64,000 nucleotides of DNA from a virus, in IMG/VR virus record IMGVR_UViG_3300045988_175328, positions 160,001-224,000 of that record, one strand, 5' to 3'. Positions 20,220 through 29,337 of this stretch are shown here, in pieces. Below the pieces are notes generated by a model that was given only the letters and a program-made list of their open reading frames with translations, was not told the DNA's origin and made no database searches. Position numbers and translations under genes: made by a program. Numbering within the stretch: position 1 is the stretch's first letter; each line of letters starts with the position of its first letter.

Positions 20220-20405
20220 TGATGACATAGGTCGAGTTAGCTGTGTAGGTCGATAGACGTGTTTTATACGTAAGCCAGATTTTGTGAAAAATTTAAAAAT
20301 AAATAAGAAAATAAATAAATGCTGATTTGTTGTGGTAGGTCAAGTTAGATGCGTAGGTTGACAGGCGTGTTCTGTAAGTGAACTAGAATTTTGTAGAGAA
20401 TTTGG
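20220..20405 (+). repeat. Imperfect direct duplication in the leader of the polymerase-like gene
   Basis: acataggtcgagttagctgtgtaggtcgatagacgtgtt...agattttgtgaaaaattt versus ggtaggtcaagttagatgcgtaggttgacaggcgtgtt...gaattttgtagagaattt. Confidence 0.8.
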
Positions 20406-20424
20406 AGGGGGAAGTGTTTTATGA

Positions 20425-20590
20425 AGATATTAGAGTGCTGAGAAATCATGCCCCCGGGTGCTTGATTCTCGGAACTCTCACTACTTTTGCGCCATATAGT
20501 AGCCAGGCGCATTTCTAAATGTGGTTACGACGAGCCTTTCTGACTGGAGCTCGTTTCAATCCAGTCGAATTTGTTCAGAAAAGGAGAAAT
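20425..20590 (+). ncRNA. Structured 5' leader of the polymerase-like gene
   Basis: GAGTGCTGAGAAATCA / TTGATTCTCGGAACTC, GCGCC.../...GGCGC and ACTGGA.../...TCCAGT pairings immediately upstream of the SD. Confidence 0.55.
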
Positions 20591-20594
20591 TATC

Positions 20595-23500
20595 ATGAAC
20601 AAACAAAACATTCAAAACAACAAAAATTTAAAAGCTGTCGTATTGGCAGCAGTAGATGCAGCAGTAGCTGCTGATGTGCGCGTGGTTAATACCACTGCGG
20701 CGGTAACAACCGCAGAAGCAGTAGTTACTGAAACTGCAGAAACACTTGCGCGCGCAGCGGTACAGTTTCAAACATTTATCAACAATTTTGTAGTAGAAGG
20801 AGGCGAGTATCGTAGCTTCATGGGCATTCTATCTGATGTAGGATTTACACATCCAGATCTTGTTAAATGGGTGCGTAAACAAAAATGGACAGAAGCAATG
20901 TCTATTTGGAGAGAGGGTCAAGGATACACACGTAATTCTTTCCTTTGTGATGAAGACTGGAATACATTCCTCGAATTACGGGAAGCCCTCCTTCAAGCGC
21001 GCAATGCGTACAAAAACGCAAAACGTAAATTAGCTAGAAAAGAAGTCGCATTAAAAGCAGCAAAAAAAGAGGCAGCAAAAGCCTTATTAGCAGAGAAATC
21101 TGCAAACAAACAATGGAAAAAGGCGAGAAAGGATGCGAAAGAAGCAAGAGCTACTGAAGCAGCAGTAGCAGTCGAAGAGGCTCGATTAGAAAAAGCACGA
21201 AAACGTGCTGAAAAAGTGGGTCCGAAGGAACCGCCAAAACAAAGAGTGGCCGTAGCTGTTGCTGGTCTTGAGTCCATGTTAGAATGGATCGAATCTAGAA
21301 AGGTAGCTGTTACTAAAACAGTTGTATTAGAAAATACAGCTAAATTAGTAACAGAAGCTAACGCAGCTGTTGAGTACGGTTATATGGATGCTAGAACTGG
21401 AGAATTTGTTTCTACAGAAGGAACAAAAGAGTTCTCTGGTGCTAGATTCAAAACTGGTGCTATCAACATTGCCGATAAAAATACTGCTAAAGCAACAGCA
21501 AAAGCCAACGCTACTGCTAATGGTAAAGATTTAGATGGAGACGTCATAAATCGCTTCGTTAAACCTAGAAATATCCTTGATGGATTCAAACTTAAATTGC
21601 AAATGTTTGGATCTAAAGTACGTGTGCGTAACGTACTTAAAGGTAATCGTAAAGGTTTTAAAGCTGTAATGGGACCAAAAGCACAAGTTGCTATTAAGTC
21701 CATTATCGTTGACGGTAGCGACGTAATGGCTAATGGTGAAGGTGTAAAAGCTATGGCAGTAGCAACTACATCCTCCATTAGCTATATTGTACGTACAGCA
21801 ATTCGTCTTGGCGAAGAAAAAGGATGGGCTGAAGAGCTTGTTCTTAGAAATTCTTCTATTAAGACTGGCTATATGGATGGCAACATCGGTATCAACTCTC
21901 ATAGAGAGATGACATCGATGGAAGCCGATTTAACATATATGACTGCAGAAGTATCTGCTAATTATGTGTTGAATGGCTTAATCTCCATTCATATCGATAA
22001 AGAGGATGAGGAAGGCGTATCCTTCACAAAGGGCATTCGTCAAGCAGAATTCATTATCGTTGATGGAATTAAATACATTCCGTTAATGGTTGAGTCTGTT
22101 GCGAAGACTCGTCTATACGATACAGTATGGACAGCTGAGCATCTGGCTAACCAATGGCGCGAAGTGCTTCGTGTAGCGACAGGAGGAATCTCTGACAGTA
22201 TTACTCTAATGAAAGAGTTAACTAAAGCTCTTAAATTGAGAAGCCGTTTGGGAATGGGGTTCTCTCCTAGCTATGAGTTCGAAATCGATCTTGCACGTTG
22301 GGGCGTTGTGTATCTTGACGCTTCTATCGATGCAATCGACGGACAAGCTTACGGAAGCAGAGCTATGATGGAAGAGCTTCTTGAACTAGCTGGCGTGAAC
22401 TCATGGCAAGTTCGCACGAATACAGGTAAAGGACAACTCGTTCCAATGAAAAGAATGAAACGTCTACTTGCTGTATTGTGCGAACAATACGGTCTTGAAC
22501 TCGTTTACGTTTCTGACGTTGACGAAGTTCAAGCAGCTATTGATGCAGCAAGAGCTGAAGGTAAAAGAGTAGCCGTTGTTGTTGGTAACGCCGAACATAT
22601 TGGCATGATCGGCGATATGAATTTCTTTAAAGGAATTCCGACTATCAATGATGGTGGCATTGTTCGTCTAAGCGTCTTGAGAAATCTTGCACCAACAGGC
22701 AACGGCTCTCACTTCGCTTACCAGGCAGCAGTGGGTGCTTTATGCTCTTACGAATGGGATAATAAAGACCGTTTCGTAAAAGCATTGGCTATGCAAGCCG
22801 TTGAAAAATTCACAGAAGCTTTCAATGGCTGTGCTGTTAATAAATCTGTAACTGATTTGTTTGCAGCATTAGTTGGAGTAAAAGGATTGGCTGGCGAAGC
22901 TGATATCATCAGCGAATTAGCCAACGGTGCATTTACTCCAGCTATGTATGGCATTAAAGAGCTTTCCTATGCGTTAAGAAACGAGCAACAAGTTGTTCGT
23001 GGTAGTGCATGGAAAGTTTCTTGCCCAGGCATGAAGGACGAGCTATTTAACGAAGCTATTCTTGAAGGAGCTGGCCTACTTGTTGTAGAAGGAATTGTTT
23101 CTAATAACAATCCTTTACTAAAACAAGGCGATTGGGTGATGGCATTGAGATACCCACATTCCAATGGGTTCTCTTTCGTTAAAATCAGACTTGTAACAGT
23201 ATCTGAAGCTATCGAAAGAGTGAACAACTCTTCCGCGTTTGCGGCTCAAAAAGCTGTCATGATCGATGAGCTATTATCCCTTGGTGATAATAACATCATG
23301 GTAGACAGCAGCCGTGAGGTATTGGAAGCATTAGCTGGTATGGATTTTGATGGAGACGTGATCTCTGTCTTAAATCCAGAAGAAGCAGAGTTGCTTTTGC
23401 CAATGGATGAGCTACGTACAGTCATTGCTCCGATCGTAACGAAAGCTCAAGAAAAAGAGCTTGTTGTTACAGGAAACTTTGAAGATACAATGCAACATCT

Positions 23501-25397
23501 TCAAAGCGAGATGGCAGCTAATGAAACTAAGTACGTTGGCGAAATCTCCAATGGAGTAATGAAAGCAACTGAGTTCTTGGGTCTTCCTAAAGATGAACAA
23601 AGAAAAATTGTGGCAGAAATTGTCCGCAATGGAAATCTAAGCCACAATGGCTTATTGCCTACGTTCAACTGGGAGGAACAAGTAACTTGGGTTGAAGGAA
23701 AAGAAGGATTCGTACTTAGCGATGAGTCTACAACTCCTCAAGCTTTAGTTGCTATGAAAAATGCGTTCTTCGATAAAGTTGATGAACGAAACTACTCTGT
23801 AGAAAGTTTCATCAACTTCGCAGAATACGTTGTCATCATGTCTGGTCCAACGCAAGGATTCGTAATTGATGCGGCGAAAAAATTCTGTCCAATCGTAGAC
23901 TTAGCAGAAGATATCTTCTCCAACTTAAGTCTTGGATGGAAAAGATTCGCTCCAACAATGGTGCTTACATGCAATGAGTATGGAGAGTTCTCCAAAGGTA
24001 TGTCTTATAACTTTGGCGAAGAGAACTCTAGCATTACTCTTACAGTAGGCGCATGTATTCAGGTAGAAGCTTTCAAAGCGTTTGCGGTGGAAGCTTCTAA
24101 AGCTATCTTAAATGCATTTGCTGGAGAGGATGCATCTAAAGCTAACTGGAAAGCATTTGAAGACGCATTGAAAAAAGAGTCTTTAATGTCTTTGGTTGGT
24201 GGTAAGATGAACTCTGCTAGAAAGAACTGCAGAAACATTGCTGCTGGAGCTGCAGCTGCGATTAAAGTTATCGACAACCAAATCGCAGAAGCTTGCGGCG
24301 AAGAAAACATTCCTAGTAAAACAATGAAGGAATGGAGCGACGCTATCGGCTGCATGTTTGCTGCATCTGGTACAATCAATCCTCTTGGATTACGTGCTTA
24401 TGCATCCAGCAAAACATTACGTCCAGCAATCTTGAAAGCAATGCTTGACGCTGCTGAAGTAAAATCCATTCCTGTAGAAATTGGATTTACTTCTATGGCA
24501 AGAGTTGCTTTTGCGAAAGCGAATGTTGGAGAAAAAGTATTCTTCGAAAACTCTAAAGCTGCTGATGCTAACGGAGTAATTCTTCTACACTCTGGTTTAA
24601 CAGGTTACTACAAAGTATCTGTTAAAACAGAAGAAGTAGAAGAAAACGGAGAAACAATCTCTGTAGAGACATACTTCGTAGAAGTGCCTGTGTCCGAAGT
24701 ATTAGGCATCGAACCGATGAAAACAAATCGTTTCGTTGCTCACTTAGGATACGAAGGTGCCGATGCTGAAGTCGCTAGAAAGTTTAATGCTGAATTAACT
24801 AAGTTCGACTTCTGCGCGGAAGGTACGTTCGCTTTCTATGGCACGATGAAAGAACTAAACAATCTTATGATTGAAAAGTTTGGCGAAGGTGTCTTAAGAG
24901 ACGTATTGGTATCAACAATAACTGGGCTAAAAAACGGTGAAGACGTTTATAGCCAACAGTTTGTTGATTTCATCGCTCTTGCTAATGGTCACGCTACTGA
25001 TCCGAAGTATGCAGCTGATGACAAACATGACCGCGTATTCTTTGTTCGCAAAGATGAGAATGGTCGGGTTGTGGTTATGAGATCATTGCCTAACCAAGCA
25101 ATGGCTTATGGCCATGAAGCGTTTAAGCTAAGAGGCATGTTCGCTGGAGAACTAAGATTAGTTAGTTACATCTTAGAAGGAAAAGCTAAGTCTGACAAAA
25201 AGGGCTATGTTAATAGCTACTTATTGTTAGAGCACAAAACTTTAGCTCCTAAGCAAGAAATCAGTGCGTATATCAATGGTTTAATTACTAAATATGCGGC
25301 TGATTTCAAAGCAGCTGTCTTAAATAAAAAGTTCGAATTAGGTTGCCTTGGTAGCCTAGTTCAAACTGTATTATCTGATGAAGAAATCATTGGATAA
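20595..25397 (+). CDS. Divergent double-psi-beta-barrel (QDE-1/YonO/crAss-gp66-like) RNA polymerase candidate
   Basis: YLDASIDAIDGQAYGSRAMM...WQVRTNTGKGQLVP...GDWVMALRYPHSNGFSFVKI...ALAGMDFDGDVISVLNP: ordered counterparts of DGxGxxS, QIRxxGxKG, GxVxxxRxP and DbDGD motifs; start at SD-supported ATG 20595. Confidence 0.7.
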   Translation: MNKQNIQNNKNLKAVVLAAVDAAVAADVRVVNTTAAVTTAEAVVTETAETLARAAVQFQTFINNFVVEGGEYRSFMGILSDVGFTHPDLVKWVRKQKWTEAMSIWREGQGYTRNSFLCDEDWNTFLELREALLQARNAYKNAKRKLARKEVALKAAKKEAAKALLAEKSANKQWKKARKDAKEARATEAAVAVEEARLEKARKRAEKVGPKEPPKQRVAVAVAGLESMLEWIESRKVAVTKTVVLENTAKLVTEANAAVEYGYMDARTGEFVSTEGTKEFSGARFKTGAINIADKNTAKATAKANATANGKDLDGDVINRFVKPRNILDGFKLKLQMFGSKVRVRNVLKGNRKGFKAVMGPKAQVAIKSIIVDGSDVMANGEGVKAMAVATTSSISYIVRTAIRLGEEKGWAEELVLRNSSIKTGYMDGNIGINSHREMTSMEADLTYMTAEVSANYVLNGLISIHIDKEDEEGVSFTKGIRQAEFIIVDGIKYIPLMVESVAKTRLYDTVWTAEHLANQWREVLRVATGGISDSITLMKELTKALKLRSRLGMGFSPSYEFEIDLARWGVVYLDASIDAIDGQAYGSRAMMEELLELAGVNSWQVRTNTGKGQLVPMKRMKRLLAVLCEQYGLELVYVSDVDEVQAAIDAARAEGKRVAVVVGNAEHIGMIGDMNFFKGIPTINDGGIVRLSVLRNLAPTGNGSHFAYQAAVGALCSYEWDNKDRFVKALAMQAVEKFTEAFNGCAVNKSVTDLFAALVGVKGLAGEADIISELANGAFTPAMYGIKELSYALRNEQQVVRGSAWKVSCPGMKDELFNEAILEGAGLLVVEGIVSNNNPLLKQGDWVMALRYPHSNGFSFVKIRLVTVSEAIERVNNSSAFAAQKAVMIDELLSLGDNNIMVDSSREVLEALAGMDFDGDVISVLNPEEAELLLPMDELRTVIAPIVTKAQEKELVVTGNFEDTMQHLQSEMAANETKYVGEISNGVMKATEFLGLPKDEQRKIVAEIVRNGNLSHNGLLPTFNWEEQVTWVEGKEGFVLSDESTTPQALVAMKNAFFDKVDERNYSVESFINFAEYVVIMSGPTQGFVIDAAKKFCPIVDLAEDIFSNLSLGWKRFAPTMVLTCNEYGEFSKGMSYNFGEENSSITLTVGACIQVEAFKAFAVEASKAILNAFAGEDASKANWKAFEDALKKESLMSLVGGKMNSARKNCRNIAAGAAAAIKVIDNQIAEACGEENIPSKTMKEWSDAIGCMFAASGTINPLGLRAYASSKTLRPAILKAMLDAAEVKSIPVEIGFTSMARVAFAKANVGEKVFFENSKAADANGVILLHSGLTGYYKVSVKTEEVEENGETISVETYFVEVPVSEVLGIEPMKTNRFVAHLGYEGADAEVARKFNAELTKFDFCAEGTFAFYGTMKELNNLMIEKFGEGVLRDVLVSTITGLKNGEDVYSQQFVDFIALANGHATDPKYAADDKHDRVFFVRKDENGRVVVMRSLPNQAMAYGHEAFKLRGMFAGELRLVSYILEGKAKSDKKGYVNSYLLLEHKTLAPKQEISAYINGLITKYAADFKAAVLNKKFELGCLGSLVQTVLSDEEIIG

Positions 25398-25411
25398 CAA
25401 ATAATAATAAA

Positions 25412-25448
25412 GAGAGACCTCTATATGGGGTCTCCTCTTTTTTTTTAT
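25412..25448 (+). terminator. Intrinsic terminator
   Basis: AGAGAGACCTC-tatat-GGGGTCTCCTCTTTTTTTTT. Confidence 0.9.
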
Positions 25449-25950
25449 TTTCTGGGATCCCCTCCGGGATCAGGATTCCTCCGCTACGGCTCAGCCTGCG
25501 CTCCGGAATAGGCCAGCCTATGGCTGTCCGTTAGGAGCGTTATCATTAGGTAGAGGTATAACGATAGAGGAAATAAAAATCCTCATTTATGAGGGTTTAT
25601 CCTTAGTAAGGAGGAAGATAGAAAGTAAAAATGTTTTTCTTCTTAAGGGGCAAGCCCCTTAACAACCCCGCCACCCCTGCGGGATGGACCGAACTGGCGG
25701 TGGATGAGGTCGTCCGAAACGACGTCAAACTAAAGGAAAAATCCTCACTTGTGAGGAAACTTGCTCCTGAGTACGAGCTAAAACTGCTTGCGAGGAAAAA
25801 TCCTCGTTGTTGAGAGCACTTGCTCTTCGAAGGCCCTGGCGGTGTCGGAGAGAGGAGTAGGTGCTGTGGTCCTGAATAAGACATTAAACTGTTTCAGAGG
25901 AGAAAATCCTCTGTTGTGAGAGAGCTCATTTAACTCTCTGTTTTAATTAA

Positions 25951-25974
25951 GCCAGTGTAGAAATATTTGCTGGT
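25951..25974 (+). repeat. GCCAG-TGTAGAAATATTTG-CTGG hairpin element, copy 1
   Basis: Near-identical to 36071-36093; variants at 38537-38562 and 28231-28251. Confidence 0.8.
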
Positions 25975-26004
25975 GTTTTCGGGCGCATGCCCAAGGAGGT
26001 TATC

Positions 26005-26469
26005 ATGTTAACTTTAGAATTAAATCGAAAAATGGCCTATGGTTTTTTCCCAGAATTAATTCGCGATGAAGAGAAAATTGCGAATTTGAATGACTTATTT
26101 CAAGAAGTTATTATGAAAAATAATCCTAACGGAGTTAAGCTCCAATTGGATTTTAAGCACAATGTAATTGTGCATAAAACCAATGTAGGCGAAGTAACTC
26201 TAGTAGAAGAGTACTTCCCTAATGGTACTGAAAAACTTTGGGTAAATCGTTTCCGTAACAGGAAACAACTATTACCTAAAGTTCCTGCAGAATTAATTCC
26301 TGTCGCAAAAGAATGCGACGAAAGAAATTTATACAAATTTAATTATTTAAGAGAAGGAAACATTACGTTTTATCTCGCAAATAATAGAAAGGTTCTCGTA
26401 AGAGAAACTAAAATGGAGGATGGAAGTCTTTCAATCGATTTATTCTACCTAGCTGATTTGTTGGCCTAA
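26005..26469 (+). CDS. Hypothetical phage protein
   Basis: ORF with SD aaggagg; ATG 26005 preferred over the track start 25987, which lies in a hairpin. Confidence 0.6.
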   Translation: MLTLELNRKMAYGFFPELIRDEEKIANLNDLFQEVIMKNNPNGVKLQLDFKHNVIVHKTNVGEVTLVEEYFPNGTEKLWVNRFRNRKQLLPKVPAELIPVAKECDERNLYKFNYLREGNITFYLANNRKVLVRETKMEDGSLSIDLFYLADLLA

Positions 26470-26640
26470 GTAGAATAATCTCCTAAGCATGAGAATAAAC
26501 TGCTTATTTGTAACGGCTCCTGAATATGAGCATTAAACTGTTCTAGAAGAAAATCCTCTATTATGAGTTTTGTCCGTAATGACGATAAACTAATTATTAT
26601 AATTTAATTTGGCGGCAAATCGCCAGAAAGGAGGCATATT

Positions 26641-26796
26641 ATGTCTCAATTAGAATTAACAAACCACTTAGCGTGGGTAGAAGAAATGGTTGCATTCGCG
26701 GAGACTGAAGAGTCCAACTACCGTGACTTCGAAGGATATCTTGCGGAGTCATTTATCGGAGGCCTGGACCTCTGGCTAGGAGACGATGAATTTTAG
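26641..26796 (+). CDS. Hypothetical 51-aa acidic protein (not in ORF track)
   Basis: MSQLELTNHLAWVEEMVAFAETEESNYRDFEGYLAESFIGGLDLWLGDDEF, strong SD agaaaggagg. Confidence 0.6.
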   Translation: MSQLELTNHLAWVEEMVAFAETEESNYRDFEGYLAESFIGGLDLWLGDDEF

Positions 26797-26934
26797 ACTC
26801 TAGTTTCCTGACCAAGACCTAGGTATGTCTTTAAACTGCCTAAATCCTCCCCATTGCGGGGACTGAATTGTCTGAGATGACGTTAAACTATTTAATTTAA
26901 TTCATGGCGGCAAATCGCCAGAAAGGAGATAAGT

Positions 26935-27225
26935 ATGCATACTTATACTCTTGAAAACACTGAGGCACTAGTTGCCTTAGTGCGTGACCTTTGTTTTAGC
27001 AATGGTCATTGTCCCAAAGAAATCTTCTCTTGGGATGAAAAACATTACATTGTAGCCGGCAACCTAGCTAGTTACGATGGACCATGGGACGGTCCTGAAG
27101 ATGTCGCTCATATCTACGTTGATGGTGTAGGCGTGGGAGAAATAGATATCTTCGGCGCCGACCAAATTGCATTCGCCGTTGCTAACTGGAACGGCGAAGA
27201 ATTGAACAGAAAGGTGGTGGCTTAA
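26935..27225 (+). CDS. Hypothetical phage protein
   Basis: ORF with SD. Confidence 0.55.
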   Translation: MHTYTLENTEALVALVRDLCFSNGHCPKEIFSWDEKHYIVAGNLASYDGPWDGPEDVAHIYVDGVGVGEIDIFGADQIAFAVANWNGEELNRKVVA

Positions 27226-27255
27226 CTGCTTTTCTGTAATCTCGTCGACCACTCG

Positions 27256-27639
27256 GTGGATGTTTACGATTTAGTAGGAAATCTAATCGTGAGCATCCCT
27301 AAGAGTGGTCGTGTAGCTCGTGTTCGGACAAGTAGCGAAAGAGTGGGCGCTATTTGTTCTAAGGATTTTAGCTATCGAAAATACAATGAAGACGGTAGCT
27401 ATGAAGATACACCACTTAAAGGGAACCCACAATCTGGGCACCTGAATATATTCAAATCTGAGTATTCAGATGTCGAAGGGTTCCCTGAAACTATAGAACA
27501 GGGTGTGTATTATATTGTCAGTTCTATGGTGGCGTCTCGTATACAGAGTCATCAGGTTATTGCGCCTGGTCAGATTATGCGGGACGCCTCCGGCAAAGCC
27601 GTAGGATGCTGCGGTCTTAGTTATACTGCCGGAAGATAA
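27256..27639 (+). CDS. Conserved phage protein of unknown function
   Basis: YYIVSSMVASRIQSHQVIAPGQIMRDASGKAVGCCGL resembles a recurrent phage hypothetical family ('YIVS..VA...PG..vRD..G...GC'). Confidence 0.5.
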   Translation: MDVYDLVGNLIVSIPKSGRVARVRTSSERVGAICSKDFSYRKYNEDGSYEDTPLKGNPQSGHLNIFKSEYSDVEGFPETIEQGVYYIVSSMVASRIQSHQVIAPGQIMRDASGKAVGCCGLSYTAGR

Positions 27640-27679
27640 ATTAATTAATTTAAATAGGGCCCGGATGCTCGAGGAGGTA

Positions 27680-27856
27680 ATGATGAAGAATATAATTATC
27701 GTATGCATGCTATCACTAATCTGCACTATAGCAATAGTGGAATTTTCAGTAGGCTTGTTCCCAGCATTAGCTGGGTATCCAGAAGCATTGGCTACAGCAG
27801 GAGCTATTTCTGTTGCAACTATTTCCTTCATGTTGTTTGACATGATAGGAGACTGA
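27680..27856 (+). CDS. Small two-TM protein
   Basis: MMKNIIIVCMLSLICTIAIVEFSVGLFPALAGYPEALATAGAISVATISFMLFDMIGD; resembles 27952-28122. Confidence 0.55.
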   Translation: MMKNIIIVCMLSLICTIAIVEFSVGLFPALAGYPEALATAGAISVATISFMLFDMIGD

Positions 27857-27951
27857 AAAATCCTCGTTTATGAGGAGAAGTCCGTAATGACTGTAAACTA
27901 TTCTAATATATTTAATTAATTAAAGGGCGCAAATGCCCGGAGGAGGTTTCT

Positions 27952-28122
27952 ATGAGAGACGAAATCATTTTATTAATTTCCAGCATTGCAGTAGGAGTGG
28001 GAATTTCTACTCTTATTAATGAGGTTTTCCCTATATTAGTGGATTATCCATTAGTAATGTCTATCTTCGGAGGAATCATCTCAGGAGCGATATATTATTT
28101 TATTCACTTGTTATCATACTAG
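27952..28122 (+). CDS. Small two-TM protein, paralog (not in ORF track)
   Basis: MRDEIILLISSIAVGVGISTLINEVFPILVDYPLVMSIFGGIISGAIYYFIHLLSY with strong SD. Confidence 0.55.
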   Translation: MRDEIILLISSIAVGVGISTLINEVFPILVDYPLVMSIFGGIISGAIYYFIHLLSY

Positions 28123-28295
28123 TAGAATAAAATCCTCAGACCTCAGCAAGTCTTTAAACTACTCTTTCCTGACAGTTCCTAAGTATGAACATAAAACTGC
28201 TTATCTTTTAAAAATCCTCGCTTGTGAGGTGCTTGCGTAGAAATAGCAAGCTATATTATTTTAATTAGGCCTTAGGCCAGAAATGGAGTTTTATC

Positions 28296-28766
28296 ATGAA
28301 AACACAAAAATCTACAGAACGCAAATTAGTTAATTTTTCTAGCTACTTTAAACAAAAAGACGACAAAGTCTTTGGTGCTGCTGTATTGCACTGCGGCAAG
28401 GAAGTGCAAGTTGCTGCTTACAATGGCGGCAAAGCCCTTCATTCTATTGAAGGAGCTGTGTGTGCAGCAGCATGCGCAGCTACAGTAAATATGAAGAAGG
28501 GAGACCTCTTCACCATGATTGTTGACTTGAAGACATTACGCCAATTATGGTCTGCTATTAAAACTGGCAATGTAACTGATGACTTCGCAGGCAATGAGGC
28601 GGAACGCAATGCCGTTATCAAAATGGCCGAACGCGTTCCAGCCCTTCGGGCTCGCGGCATTATTGTGAACATTCGTGCTCATAAAGATGTCTATGCAAGT
28701 GGAGGATACTTAGCAGGGCAACTCCCAATTTGGAGCCGTATGGCTACCAAAGCTATGAACATCTAA
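28296..28766 (+). CDS. Hypothetical protein
   Basis: 156-aa ORF with SD-like sequence. Confidence 0.6.
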   Translation: MKTQKSTERKLVNFSSYFKQKDDKVFGAAVLHCGKEVQVAAYNGGKALHSIEGAVCAAACAATVNMKKGDLFTMIVDLKTLRQLWSAIKTGNVTDDFAGNEAERNAVIKMAERVPALRARGIIVNIRAHKDVYASGGYLAGQLPIWSRMATKAMNI

Positions 28767-28851
28767 ATCCTCTGACCTGAGCATGTCGGTAAACTGCTCA
28801 ATTATTTAATTTAATTTAATTAAGGGCGGCAAATCGCCCGAGGAGGTTTAT

Positions 28852-29337
28852 ATGCAAACTTTGAAAATTAACAATCCTACAAGAAACTTAATTGAGATGA
28901 CTTTAGAGGTCACAAAATTAAACGGCACTATTGAACAAGACGGCAATGCTGTTATCATTAATTTGCCAGAAGAACAGGTGTCTGCCTTTGTAGAATGGTA
29001 CGGTGGTACTGGACTTAAGGAGACTGCCCTTGCCATCGCAAAGAAAGCAGGAGCATTAACTGCCAAAGCAGGAGACCTTACGAAAGTAGGGACTGTTGCT
29101 TTAGGAAAATTATCTTTCAAGACAGCCTTCGGTATGACTCGCAGAGCCATTGAGGCGACCGCGGGGATCACAGCTGCGGCCGTTAATGGCGCCAAAGAAG
29201 CTTATAGCGAAATGGTAAGTTCTGACGAGTTCAGAGCTGTTAAAGAATCTTTTAGTTCTGGACGCGGCAACGGCATTGAATTTGTCGAAATGACACCGGT
29301 TGTTCAAGCTGAAGTAGCAGAAGTTGTAGAAGGATAG
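28852..29337 (+). CDS. Hypothetical protein, paralog of 50581-51096
   Basis: Shares LGKLSFKTAFGMTRRAIEATAG...KEAYSEMVSSDEF with GQLAFKTTFGVGRRCVETVAG...KESYGQMMDSEEF. Confidence 0.7.
   Translation: MQTLKINNPTRNLIEMTLEVTKLNGTIEQDGNAVIINLPEEQVSAFVEWYGGTGLKETALAIAKKAGALTAKAGDLTKVGTVALGKLSFKTAFGMTRRAIEATAGITAAAVNGAKEAYSEMVSSDEFRAVKESFSSGRGNGIEFVEMTPVVQAEVAEVVEG

Noticed and set aside
20993-24379. Several minus-strand ORFs opposite the polymerase-like gene
   Set aside because: Antisense shadows of a strongly supported plus-strand CDS; no SD or recognisable domain.
25603-25884. ORFs 25603-25884 (-) and 25631-25813 (+)
   Set aside because: They run through dispersed repeats and hairpin elements; translations consist of repeat-derived peptide (MFFFLRGKPLNNP...).
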